This document shows positions 38,120 through 47,351 of a DNA stretch of 64,000 nucleotides, piece by piece. Position 1 is the first letter of the stretch. Each line of letters begins with the position of its first letter. Both the position numbers and the translations under genes were made by a program. Source of the stretch: a candidate division WOR-3 bacterium (GTDB lineage: Bacteria > Hydrothermota > 32-111); the NCBI GenBank assembly GCA_037481815.1, contig JBBFKX010000001.1, positions 96,001 through 160,000 of the forward strand, given 5' to 3'. Below the pieces are notes generated by a model. It was not told where the DNA came from, ran no database searches, and worked only from the letters and a program-made list of their open reading frames with translations.

Positions 38120-39343
38120 ATGAAGAAGTTTTTTAATTTGATGATTTTTCTTCTTGTTATTTTATCTTTTTCTTGTGCGAAATCTGATAATGTAAAAAAG
38201 GTTGAAAATCAAGATAACACTTTTTCAAAAAATCTAAATTTTTACAATCTTTTTGGTTTTGAACTTTTGAACAGGTTGTATGATAAAGATGAAAATGTAG
38301 TTATATCTCCCTTCAGTATATCGAGTGCATTGGCAATAACATATGAAGGTGCAGGTGGAGAAACAGAAAAAGAGATAAAAAAGGTTTTTCATTTTCCTGA
38401 CAAGGAAGTTTTAAGGGGTATTTATTCAAAGGAGATCAGGTATTTTGATAAAGAATCAAAAGAGATTACTGTAAAGATATCGAATGGTTTATGGATGGAA
38501 AAGTCGTATAGTTTTAAGGATGAGTATCCAAAAACTGTAAAAGAAAACTATAAATCTTTTGCAGAAAAAGTTGATTTTGTAAATCAAACCGAAGAGTCAA
38601 GGTTAAAGATAAATAAATTTATAGAAGATTTTACCGAGCAAAAGATAAAAGATTTTTTACCAAAAGGGATAATCGATAAATCAACAACACTTGTTATAAC
38701 AAACGCAATATATTTCAACGCAATATGGAAAAAGCAATTTGAAAAGAAATATACCTTTGAAGAAGATTTTATTGTAGATGGGGATAAAAAAGTAAAATGT
38801 AAAATGATGTCAACAGATCTTGAACAACCTTTAAAATATTTTGAAAATGATAAATTTTTTATTGTTGAATTTCCCTATGCAGATACAAACTACTCTGCGA
38901 TATTTCTTGTTCCTTTTGATGGAATGAAAAGTATTTTCCCGCTTGATTATGTCGACTTAAAAAATTGTTTTGATTCAATGAGATTTGAAAAATTTGATAG
39001 AATATCTTTCCCAAAATTTAAACTTGAAAAAAAATATCTTCTTAACGATGTTTTGATCGAGATGGGGATGAAAAAATCCTTTACCCCTGAAGCCGATTTT
39101 TCATATATGACAGATTATAATGACCTTTACATAAGTAATGTTATACATCAATCTTTTTTGAAAGTTGATGAAGAAGGTAGTGAGGCAGCAGCAGCAACTG
39201 GTGTCATAATAGTTAAAGAAACAGCTGTTATTCAGAAGAGAATTTTAAAAATAAATAGACCATTTTTGTTTTTTATAGTTGAAAATCAAACAGGAGATAT
39301 TCTTTTTGTTGCGAAAATTGAAAATCCACATTTTGAAGAGTAA
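38120..39343 (+). CDS. Serpin, lipoprotein
   Basis: Lipobox SFSC; NVVISPFSI, NAIYFNAIW, hinge DEEGSEAAAAT, NRPFLF. Confidence 0.95.
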   Translation: MKKFFNLMIFLLVILSFSCAKSDNVKKVENQDNTFSKNLNFYNLFGFELLNRLYDKDENVVISPFSISSALAITYEGAGGETEKEIKKVFHFPDKEVLRGIYSKEIRYFDKESKEITVKISNGLWMEKSYSFKDEYPKTVKENYKSFAEKVDFVNQTEESRLKINKFIEDFTEQKIKDFLPKGIIDKSTTLVITNAIYFNAIWKKQFEKKYTFEEDFIVDGDKKVKCKMMSTDLEQPLKYFENDKFFIVEFPYADTNYSAIFLVPFDGMKSIFPLDYVDLKNCFDSMRFEKFDRISFPKFKLEKKYLLNDVLIEMGMKKSFTPEADFSYMTDYNDLYISNVIHQSFLKVDEEGSEAAAATGVIIVKETAVIQKRILKINRPFLFFIVENQTGDILFVAKIENPHFEE

Positions 39344-39465
39344 TGTTTTTTGGACAGTGTATTGAAATAACAACTTAATTTTTTAAAGAAAAATTTTTAA
39401 ATATTTATTTTATTGGACTTAAAAATGGTATAAATTTTGATTATGATTTTTCAAAAGGAGTTTTT

Positions 39466-39945
39466 ATGGATGAAGTAAAAAAGGATATACAGGAACTCAT
39501 CCAGAAGGTTGAAGAGGAAGAAGATAAAAAGAAAAAAGAGGTAAAAACAAAAGATAAAAACATTGAAAAGGTCGCGAAAATAGTTACTTTTATTGTTATT
39601 TTTATCCTTTTTGTAGCATCGATATTTTTTAATATGAAAAAGTTTGAACAGATGAATAAACTTACTTTATCTGAGAGTGAAATAGAAGAGAACAAAAAGG
39701 TCTTTCTGTATCTTACGGTGATGAAGATAAAGAACTTTAAAGAACAGAATGGTTTTTTACCAGAAGATTTAAAAGATTTTGTGAATGAACAGGACTCTGT
39801 TGATTACAGTATTATGGATGATTCAATATTTGAACTTTCGATAAAACAAAATGGAAAGGTTATAATTTACAATTCAAAGGATGATCCCTTAACACTTCTT
39901 CCCGAGAAATTTAAAAATTTGATTTTAGAAGAGGAGGGAAAATGA
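39466..39945 (+). CDS. Hypothetical single-TM protein, pilin-accessory-like
   Basis: AAGGAG SD; one TM; NGFLPEDL segment resembling a pilin globular start. Confidence 0.6.
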   Translation: MDEVKKDIQELIQKVEEEEDKKKKEVKTKDKNIEKVAKIVTFIVIFILFVASIFFNMKKFEQMNKLTLSESEIEENKKVFLYLTVMKIKNFKEQNGFLPEDLKDFVNEQDSVDYSIMDDSIFELSIKQNGKVIIYNSKDDPLTLLPEKFKNLILEEEGK

Positions 39946-40406
39946 AGAAAGGATTTTCTTTGGTTGAGTTGATGGTTGTTATTTTGATTATATCAATAAT
40001 TGTTAATTTTGCACTTCCATCATTTTATGAAGCTAAAAAAACAGCAGAGGCAGCAAAAGTCATAACTGATTTTGAAGTTATTAGAGAAGCTGTTATCGCT
40101 TACTATGTTGATACTGGTAAATTCCCTCCTGATTATGGCCCTGGCACAGTACCAAAAGAATTAAAAAAATATTTACCAAAGGGATTTAAATTTAATTATA
40201 AACCACAAAAAGATATAAGGTATGACTGGGAAAATTGGATAGTCAACAATAAACCAAAACATCCAAAAACTGGAATACTCTATGGAATCTCTTTAACCAC
40301 AAAAGATAAAGCTCTTGTTAAAAAGGTTAAAGGTGTTTTTAAAGGTGCATTTCAGTACTCTTTAAATGATAATTATACTTTTGTTTTGGAGTATATCAAA
40401 AAGTAA
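39942..40406 (+). CDS. Type IV pilin / T2SS pseudopilin
   Basis: KKG|FSLVELMVV prepilin cleavage/methylation motif; YYVDTGKFP. Confidence 0.9.
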   Translation: MKKGFSLVELMVVILIISIIVNFALPSFYEAKKTAEAAKVITDFEVIREAVIAYYVDTGKFPPDYGPGTVPKELKKYLPKGFKFNYKPQKDIRYDWENWIVNNKPKHPKTGILYGISLTTKDKALVKKVKGVFKGAFQYSLNDNYTFVLEYIKK

Positions 40407-40509
40407 TCAAGAGAAAAACTTTTAGTAATTTCATTATTAACTTTGTGAATTACACCATTTTTAAAGGAAAGTATATTGTTGTAACTATTATAAATAATTA
40501 GATTTATAG

Positions 40510-40539
40510 AAAAATGTCAAAAAGTCAAGCACCGTCCCC
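40510..40539 (-). repeat. 30-bp dispersed element, copy 2 (inverted relative to 1073..1102)
   Basis: aaaaatgtcaaaaagtcaagcaccgtcccc is the exact reverse complement of copy 1. Confidence 0.9.
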
Positions 40540-40586
40540 GAAATTAATAATTGACATTGAAAAAAACTGGAGTAAAATTAAATAAA

Positions 40587-41126
40587 ATGAAAAAATTTAT
40601 TATAATTTTTTTAATTTTGTCTTTAACATCACTTTCAATCTATTCCCAAACAGAACAATCTGATAGTTTAAAATTCAAGGAAGAAAGATTAAACAAAAAA
40701 CCTTTCTGCTGTGTACAGGTTTCACCTCTGTCAAACAACCTCAACATAGCGAAAGACAATTTGGTTTTTGGTTGTTGTGTTGGATCACCTGTTACTGGTT
40801 CAATAGTGGTATCAATTGTTGGATTTGTTTTTGTTTTGGTTGTAGGAATATTTGAAGTAATTTTTACTTTAGGACAGAGTAAAACTATTATCAATTCTTT
40901 AGGTCAAATAGGTGTTCCAATTTTTATAACTCTTATTGCACTTTCAGGTTTACTCAGTTTATTCTCAATAATTTTTGTTCCGTATTATGATTATTCAGAT
41001 AAAGATATGAAAAAAACTTATAAAAATTTTATGGTTTTACTTGAAAGAGGAATCGGTTGCCTTGGTTCTGTAAGTGTTTCACTTATTTCAATCTATTTGA
41101 TTTTAAAAAATAATTCAACAGAATAA
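40587..41126 (+). CDS. Hypothetical exported/membrane protein with CC motifs
   Basis: Signal-like MKKFII start; several TMs; promoter TTGACA-16-TAAAAT just upstream. Confidence 0.6.
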   Translation: MKKFIIIFLILSLTSLSIYSQTEQSDSLKFKEERLNKKPFCCVQVSPLSNNLNIAKDNLVFGCCVGSPVTGSIVVSIVGFVFVLVVGIFEVIFTLGQSKTIINSLGQIGVPIFITLIALSGLLSLFSIIFVPYYDYSDKDMKKTYKNFMVLLERGIGCLGSVSVSLISIYLILKNNSTE

Positions 41127-41128
41127 AA

Positions 41129-41851
41129 ATGGTAGTAGTTAAAGTAGAAAATTTGAAAAAAAATTTTGGAAAAGTTCAGGCACTGAAAGGGATAAACTTC
41201 GAAGTTAATCAAGGTGAAATTTTTGGTTTGATAGGTCCAAACGGAGCAGGGAAATCTACATGTCTTAGAATACTTTCGACGATTCTGAGTAAAAGTGAAG
41301 GAAATGTAGAAATTTTTGGATACGATATCTCAAGAAAAATGGAAATAAAAAAGATAATCTCCTATCTGCCGGAAGATGCTGGTGCTTACAAAAACCTGAA
41401 AGGGATTGATTATTTAAAATTTTTTGTGAATTTTTTCAAAGATGGAAGAGATATCAAAAAAACTCTTGAATATGGAATTGAGATTTCATCTTTGAAAGAT
41501 AGGTTAAACGATAAGATTGATACCTATTCTAAGGGTATGATGAGAAAACTTTTGATAGCAAGAAGTTTGATGATCGAACCGAAACTTGCCATACTTGATG
41601 AACCGACTTCTGGACTTGATGTTATCAATGCAACCCAGATCAGAGATCTTATAAAACAAAAAGCAAAAGAGGGTACAACCTTTATAGTTTCATCTCACAA
41701 TATGCTTGAAGTCGATTATCTGTGTGATCGAATATCACTGATAAATGAGGGAATTATTGTTGAAAGTGGTAGTGTAAAAAAGTTAAAAGAGAAATACAGT
41801 GTTGAGAATATTGAAAAAATATTCGTTAAAGTTGTTGGAGAAAAAAAATGA
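41129..41851 (+). CDS. ABC transporter ATP-binding protein (NatA-like)
   Basis: GPNGAGKS, YSKGM, LDEPTSGLD, SSH. Confidence 0.93.
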   Translation: MVVVKVENLKKNFGKVQALKGINFEVNQGEIFGLIGPNGAGKSTCLRILSTILSKSEGNVEIFGYDISRKMEIKKIISYLPEDAGAYKNLKGIDYLKFFVNFFKDGRDIKKTLEYGIEISSLKDRLNDKIDTYSKGMMRKLLIARSLMIEPKLAILDEPTSGLDVINATQIRDLIKQKAKEGTTFIVSSHNMLEVDYLCDRISLINEGIIVESGSVKKLKEKYSVENIEKIFVKVVGEKK

Positions 41852-43101
41852 TTTTTAACATTATTAAAAAGGAAGTAAAAGAACTTTTAAATAGATCAAC
41901 AATAATTTCTCTTGTCTTTGTATCTTTTGTTTTAGGTTTTATAGGTAAATATGTTTCGAATGCTGAAAAAAATGTTGAGATAAGGTCTGCCAATATAGTA
42001 ATCGTTGATAAAGATTCAACAGAAATTTCAAAGAAATTTTCTGATCTGATTTTAAAATATTCGAAGAATGACTTTGAAGAAAAAATTTTTGAAGATAAAC
42101 TAAAAACACTCACAAAAGAAGGTGGATCTATAATCATTATACAAAAAGGTTTTCAAGATGAGATTTTGAAAGGGGGAAAAGGAGAAATAAAAGTAGAATA
42201 TTTTTTGAAAGGAACTGGACTTTTCGATTTTATGTCTTCAGATGTTATTGGAAACGCTCTTTTATATGCAAAAAATGAATTGACCAAATTTCTTCTTTTG
42301 AACAAAAGAATAAAGAATGAGAATATTCTTGATCCCATATCAGTCAAAGCACAGAGTATAAAGGTTAAAGAAAAAATTTTTCAAAATGTAGATCCTAAAA
42401 CCTTATACTCTTTTCTTGGGAATCAAACAAATTTTGTACCTGTTATAATCATGATGCTTCTTGTGATGTCGGGAGGAATGATAATATCATCGATGGGGAT
42501 GGAAAAAGAGAATAAAACCTTGGAAACTCTTCTTACGATGCCTGTTGAGAGAAGAGATATCGTTCTTGGAAAAATAATCGGTGGTGGAGTTGTTGGAATG
42601 ATAATGGCTTCGATATATATGGCAGGATTTTACAATTATATGAAAGGTTTTTCCGAAAATCTTTCATACATCCCCGATTTTAAAGTTTTTTATTTTTCAG
42701 ATTATATTTTGATAGGTCTTTCAATATTTTTATCATTGTTGTCTGGACTTTCAATGTGTTTATTGCTTGGTCTGTTTGCAAAAGATTACAAGTCGGCTCA
42801 GACATTGACAATGCCGGTGTCAATACTTGCAATAATACCTATGTTTTTAACGATGTTTAAAGATTTTGATACTTTATCTCTGCCTTTTAAAACAATAGTT
42901 TTTTTAATACCATTTTCACATCCGATGATGGCGATGAAACTTTTATTTTTTGATCAGTATAAAATGGTTTTTTACGGAATTTTATATAACCTTTTCTTTT
43001 TTATAATTCTGGTTATTATACTTGTTTATATCTTCAGTACTGACTATATAATTACAGGCAAAGAATTGGAGAGGTTTTTCAAAAGAAAAAAATCTCTTTA
43101 A
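41848..43101 (+). CDS. ABC-2 type permease (NatB-like)
   Basis: EKENKTLETLLTMPV..GK motif; TM pattern. Confidence 0.9.
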   Translation: MIFNIIKKEVKELLNRSTIISLVFVSFVLGFIGKYVSNAEKNVEIRSANIVIVDKDSTEISKKFSDLILKYSKNDFEEKIFEDKLKTLTKEGGSIIIIQKGFQDEILKGGKGEIKVEYFLKGTGLFDFMSSDVIGNALLYAKNELTKFLLLNKRIKNENILDPISVKAQSIKVKEKIFQNVDPKTLYSFLGNQTNFVPVIIMMLLVMSGGMIISSMGMEKENKTLETLLTMPVERRDIVLGKIIGGGVVGMIMASIYMAGFYNYMKGFSENLSYIPDFKVFYFSDYILIGLSIFLSLLSGLSMCLLLGLFAKDYKSAQTLTMPVSILAIIPMFLTMFKDFDTLSLPFKTIVFLIPFSHPMMAMKLLFFDQYKMVFYGILYNLFFFIILVIILVYIFSTDYIITGKELERFFKRKKSL

Positions 43102-43102
43102 A

Positions 43103-43134
43103 TCAAAAAACCCCAAAAGTTTGGGGTTTTTTGA
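43103..43134. terminator. Bidirectional intrinsic terminator between convergent genes
   Basis: TCAAAAAACCCCAAA-AG-TTTGGGGTTTTTTGA. Confidence 0.85.
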
Positions 43135-43166
43135 AAGGAGAGATGAGGTTTTATAAAGAGATGGTA

Positions 43167-43748
43167 TTATTTTAAAATAACAATTTTTTCTTTATAAATA
43201 TTTTTCCCACTCTTCAAGAGTATCAGATATTTCCCCGCTGGAAGAGAGGTTAAGTCACTTTTAATTATTTCACCGCTTAAATTATAAACTTCTATTTCAA
43301 ACTCCCCAGGATTTTTAAGATCTTTTGCCTTTGAAAAGGTTACAGGATTTTGAGGATTTACTGGATTTGGTGGAAGAATATTTTGCCTTCTCTTATCAGG
43401 AGATGATTTTAATTGTATTGAGTTTTCGTCATCAGGCAAAACTGGTTGTGGTGGAATAATATAGTTTCTGTGGTTGTCGGGAAGTGAATTTAATTGAGTT
43501 GAATTCTCCTCATCAGGAAGCACCGGTTGTGGGGGTATTATATAGTTTCTGTGTGTCTCAGGTAAAGAATAAAGTTGAGTTGAACTGTTGTCGTCAGGTA
43601 GAACCGGTTGAGGTGGAATTATATAATTTCTATGATTATCAGGTTGGGATTGAATATTATAATTAACAAATTCAGCATCATTTTTATCAGCCAAAAGAAC
43701 TATACTTGCAAGAAGTATCAAGAGTGAAACCGTTAAAAGTTTTTTCAT
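43167..43748 (-). CDS. Secreted protein with 3+1 tandem 27-aa proline-rich repeats and a T9SS-type C-terminal sorting tail
   Basis: AAGGAGG SD; signal peptide; HRNYIIPPQPVLPD x3 plus RRQNILPPNPVNP; tail EVYNLSGE..LPAGKYLI..KEKIVILK. Confidence 0.85.
   Translation of the reverse strand: MKKLLTVSLLILLASIVLLADKNDAEFVNYNIQSQPDNHRNYIIPPQPVLPDDNSSTQLYSLPETHRNYIIPPQPVLPDEENSTQLNSLPDNHRNYIIPPQPVLPDDENSIQLKSSPDKRRQNILPPNPVNPQNPVTFSKAKDLKNPGEFEIEVYNLSGEIIKSDLTSLPAGKYLILLKSGKNIYKEKIVILK
43353..43643 (-). repeat. Intragenic 81-nt tandem repeats
   Basis: 27-codon period; core protein-identical but codon-divergent. Confidence 0.9.
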
Positions 43749-43776
43749 AAAACCTCCTTTTTTTCTGTAATTATAC

Positions 43777-43792
43777 TCAATAATCGTGCCAA
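43777..43792 (-). promoter_or_regulatory. sigma54 (-24/-12) promoter of the repeat-protein gene
   Basis: Minus strand TTGGCACG-ATTA-TTGA, matching TGGCACG-N4-TTGC with one mismatch; about 29 nt before ATG. Confidence 0.7.
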
Positions 43793-43843
43793 ACTTTAAG
43801 TTCCTCTGAAAACATAATTTGAAATTTTGTTAAAAGGTCAAAA

Positions 43844-43861
43844 TGTAAATTTTATTTTACA
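43844..43861. promoter_or_regulatory. Palindrome TGTAAA-N6-TTTACA, candidate bEBP upstream activating site
   Basis: TGT-N12-ACA dyad about 50-70 bp upstream of the sigma54 box. Confidence 0.45.
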
Positions 43862-43945
43862 CCTGTCTTTATTTAAAACTTATTTTTTGACCTATTGATT
43901 TTTTCAATTTATGTGGTATACTTCACGAAAAAAAGGAGAAACTAA

Positions 43946-44137
43946 ATGGCTAATAGATGTGAAGTTTGCGGAAAAGGACCTCAGTTTGGCTCAAATATTT
44001 CACATGCACATAATGTGACAAAGAAAAAAAGGATGCCAAATTTAAGAAGAGTAAAAGCAAAAGTAGATAATAAAATTAAATATATCTATGTTTGCTCAAG
44101 ATGTCTCCGTTCAGGTTCAGTTCAAAAAGTTGTTTAA
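43946..44137 (+). CDS. rpmB: 50S ribosomal protein L28
   Basis: CEVCGKGPQFGSNISHAHN..PNL..VCSRCLRSG. Confidence 0.97.
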   Translation: MANRCEVCGKGPQFGSNISHAHNVTKKKRMPNLRRVKAKVDNKIKYIYVCSRCLRSGSVQKVV

Positions 44138-44195
44138 CTATTGACATCATAAAGTTATTCAATTATTATCCTAATATAAAATATTAGGAGTTGAA

Positions 44196-45284
44196 ATGAA
44201 AAAAATTTTAATGTTTATACTTTTGCTCTTTACATATGTACTTATCTTTTCAACCGCCTCCCAGGCAGGTGCAGTTTTTCTACTGATTTATCCCGGTTCA
44301 AGAGCAGTTTCTCTGGGAAACTCTTATACTGCGTTATCAGATGATGCACTCGCAACCTATTACAACCCTGCAGGGATGGGTTTGCAGGAAAAGAAAGATA
44401 TAGTACTTATGCATTCTCCATGGCTTGTAGGCCTTGGAGATGATATGTATTATGAATTTCTTTCGGCTGTTATTCCGACAAATTATGGAGTTTGGGGTGG
44501 AAATGTTATCTATCTTACAACAGGTGAGATATCAGCAGAAGAAAATAATGACCCAACTGCCATATGGACTACTTTTGACTTAGCTTTATCTCTTTCATAT
44601 TCATACAAAATAAAAAATGATATCTCCTTGGGAGTAACAGGCAAATTCATCTATTCGTATCTTGCTCCTGATTGGGTTATTCAAAGATACATGGGAGAGG
44701 AGAGAGGAGGGCAGGGACAATCGGTTGCTCTGGATTTTGGTTTTTTAAAGAAATTTGGAACAAAAACATCACTTGGTATCTCCCTTTCAAATCTTGGACC
44801 TGGACTCAAATATCTTGCTGATGGCTCAGTAGATGATCTCCCAAGAACTCTTAGAATCGGGTTTGCTCAAACGATTATCGAGAATGAGTTGAACAAGTTA
44901 CTTTTCACAACAGATCTTACAAAGGTCATTGCAGGAATAAAACTCGATTCACTTTCAAAATCTGATTTTATTTTTGAACCATCAAAAATTCTCGATAAAT
45001 ATTATAACAATGTGGACCCTGTAACCGGCGATACCTTATATCTCTCAATGCTTGAAGCTGAATTTCTTGACACCTGGCTTGGGGCTGGAATTGAATATAT
45101 TTATTACAATCTTCTTTCTTTGAGGTTGGGATATTTCCTTGACTATTACGGGCAAAGGATGGGATTCACATTCGGTGGTGGTATTCAGGTAAAAAACAGT
45201 TTCAGACTTGATCTTGGTATAGATTCTGATATCTATTCTTTTCCAACTTCAAACTATAGAATCTCAATCGGTTTCAGGTGGTGA
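44196..45284 (+). CDS. PorV/PorQ-family outer-membrane beta-barrel
   Basis: AVFLLIYPGSRAVSLG, YYNPAG, SNLGP, LPRTLRIG, LRLGY; terminal FRW. Confidence 0.85.
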   Translation: MKKILMFILLLFTYVLIFSTASQAGAVFLLIYPGSRAVSLGNSYTALSDDALATYYNPAGMGLQEKKDIVLMHSPWLVGLGDDMYYEFLSAVIPTNYGVWGGNVIYLTTGEISAEENNDPTAIWTTFDLALSLSYSYKIKNDISLGVTGKFIYSYLAPDWVIQRYMGEERGGQGQSVALDFGFLKKFGTKTSLGISLSNLGPGLKYLADGSVDDLPRTLRIGFAQTIIENELNKLLFTTDLTKVIAGIKLDSLSKSDFIFEPSKILDKYYNNVDPVTGDTLYLSMLEAEFLDTWLGAGIEYIYYNLLSLRLGYFLDYYGQRMGFTFGGGIQVKNSFRLDLGIDSDIYSFPTSNYRISIGFRW

Positions 45285-46144
45285 AAACTACTCTCGATCT
45301 TATATTCAACATAGACAAAGAAGAGAATCTACCATCGTTTGAAATAGTCAAAAGATTCAGAAATATTTTCAAAGAAAAAAAAGTTGGTTTTCTTGGAACT
45401 CTCGATCCCTTTGCCTCAGGTGTTTTACCTCTTTTTTCAGGAAACTTCACAAAAATTATAAGATTTTTAGAAGATTGTGATAAAGTTTATGATGCTTTTA
45501 TTGAGTTCGGGATTTTAACAGACACTTTTGATATTACGGGAAAAATAGTTGAAAGAAAAAATCAAAAGATAAAAGTTGGGGAACAAAGTATAGAGGAAGT
45601 GATAAAAAAATTTTTTCTCGGTGAACGGTTACAAACGATTCCAACATTTTCGGCTGTTAAAATAAAAGGAGAAAGAGCGTATAAACTTGCAAGAAAAGGG
45701 ATAATGTTTGAAGAAAAAAGAAAAAAGGTTTTTATGAAAGATTTTAAAATAGTTTATTTTGATGGTAAAAATCTTAATATCCAGATTAAGGTCAAAAAAG
45801 GATTTTATGTCAGATCGTTTGCAAAAGAACTTGGAGAAAAACTTGATACATATGGAACCGTTGTAAAGTTGAGAAGATTGGAGAATGGATTTTTTAAAAT
45901 AGCGGATGCAAAAAAAATCGATGATGTAAAAGTCGAAGATTCAAAAAAACTGGAGGAAGTTGTAAAAGATATAATGGATACGCTCGAAGTAGATCATAAA
46001 GATTTTAATATTTTAAAAAATGGGAATTTTTTGAAGTTGAAAAATGGTTATGAAAAAAAATTACTTCTTGTAAAACATGAAAACAATTATATTGTAACTG
46101 AAAATAAGGATGGTTTTATCTATCCTAAAAGGTGTATAGTATGA
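45278..46144 (+). CDS. truB: tRNA pseudouridine(55) synthase
   Basis: KVGFLGTLDPFASGVL, FSAVKIKGERAYKLARKG, GFYVRS. Start GTG at 45278 or 45281. Confidence 0.92.
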   Translation: MVKTTLDLIFNIDKEENLPSFEIVKRFRNIFKEKKVGFLGTLDPFASGVLPLFSGNFTKIIRFLEDCDKVYDAFIEFGILTDTFDITGKIVERKNQKIKVGEQSIEEVIKKFFLGERLQTIPTFSAVKIKGERAYKLARKGIMFEEKRKKVFMKDFKIVYFDGKNLNIQIKVKKGFYVRSFAKELGEKLDTYGTVVKLRRLENGFFKIADAKKIDDVKVEDSKKLEEVVKDIMDTLEVDHKDFNILKNGNFLKLKNGYEKKLLLVKHENNYIVTENKDGFIYPKRCIV

Positions 46145-47079
46145 ACATATTTTATGGATTGAATAAAATCGATGATAGTTTGAAAGGAAAGGTTATAACT
46201 ATAGGTTCTTTCGATGGGATACATAGAGGACATAAGAAGGTTTTAGAAAGTTTATCTAAAATTTCAAAAAATGAAGGAAAGAAAAATCTTGTGATCACTT
46301 TTGAACCACATCCGAGAATGGTACTTGAAAATATAAAAGAAAATTTTCTTTTAACTACACTTGAAGACAAACTTTATATGTTTGAAACATCGAACCTTGT
46401 TGACAATCTTTTGATAATACCTTTTGATAAAAATTTTGCTCAGATTTCTGCTGATGATTTTGTTGAAAAAATAGTTATAAATCGTCTTGCACCTTCAACA
46501 TTTGTTGTCGGATACGATACACATTTTGGAAACAACAGAAAGGGAGATATAGTAAAGTTAAAATCAATCCTGATGAAAGAAAGAGTAAAGTTTGAGATAG
46601 TTGAACCTGAAGTTGAAGATGCGCAGATTATTTCGAGTTCGATAATCAGAAAATTTATAAAATTTGGAAACATTGAAGAAGCGAATAAATTTTTAGGTTA
46701 CAAATATTTTGTTAAAGGTGTTGTTGTTAGAGGAGAGGGAAGAGGTGCGATACTTGGATTTCCTACAGCAAATATCGAGTTCGATGAAAAGATCAAGATT
46801 ATGCCTCAAAATGGAGTTTACGCTGTAACAGTTATATATGAAGGGAAGAAATATAAAGGAATGATGAATGTTGGAAAGAGACCGACTTTTGATGAAAAAT
46901 TATCCCTTGAGGTTCACATACTCGATTTTAACGAAAACCTTTATAACAAAACTTTGAAAATACATTTTATAAAAAGGCTAAGAGACGAAGTTAAGTTTCC
47001 TACGGAAAACGAACTAATAGAACAGTTAAAAAAAGATAAAGAAGAGATAAAAAACTTAAAGGAGGAATTATGGCTTTAA
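46141..47079 (+). CDS. ribF: Bifunctional riboflavin kinase/FAD synthetase
   Basis: [34 protein letters not shown]. Confidence 0.96.
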   Translation: MNIFYGLNKIDDSLKGKVITIGSFDGIHRGHKKVLESLSKISKNEGKKNLVITFEPHPRMVLENIKENFLLTTLEDKLYMFETSNLVDNLLIIPFDKNFAQISADDFVEKIVINRLAPSTFVVGYDTHFGNNRKGDIVKLKSILMKERVKFEIVEPEVEDAQIISSSIIRKFIKFGNIEEANKFLGYKYFVKGVVVRGEGRGAILGFPTANIEFDEKIKIMPQNGVYAVTVIYEGKKYKGMMNVGKRPTFDEKLSLEVHILDFNENLYNKTLKIHFIKRLRDEVKFPTENELIEQLKKDKEEIKNLKEELWL

Positions 47080-47339
47080 AAAAGGAAAAGAAAAAAGAGA
47101 TCATCGAAAAATTTGCAATCAAAGAGAATGATACTGGATCTCCAGAAGTTCAGATCGCACTTTTAACTGAAAGGATAAACCAGGTGACTGAACATCTGAA
47201 AAAATTCAAAAAGGATATCCATTCAAGAAGAGGTCTTCTTCTTATGGTTGGAAAAAGAAAAAGATTGTTAAACTATCTTATGCAAAAGGATTTTGAAAGG
47301 TATAAAAAGATAGTGAAAGAGTTAAATTTAAGAAAATAA
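47070..47339 (+). CDS. rpsO: 30S ribosomal protein S15
   Basis: [24 protein letters not shown]. Confidence 0.98.
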   Translation: MALKKEKKKEIIEKFAIKENDTGSPEVQIALLTERINQVTEHLKKFKKDIHSRRGLLLMVGKRKRLLNYLMQKDFERYKKIVKELNLRK

Positions 47340-47351
47340 GAGGGGTAACTA

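Noticed and set aside
43135..43156. SD plus mini-ORF MRFL on the + strand after the terminator
   Set aside because: Only four codons, downstream of a terminator; better explained as the complement of the CU-rich 3'UTR of the minus-strand gene.
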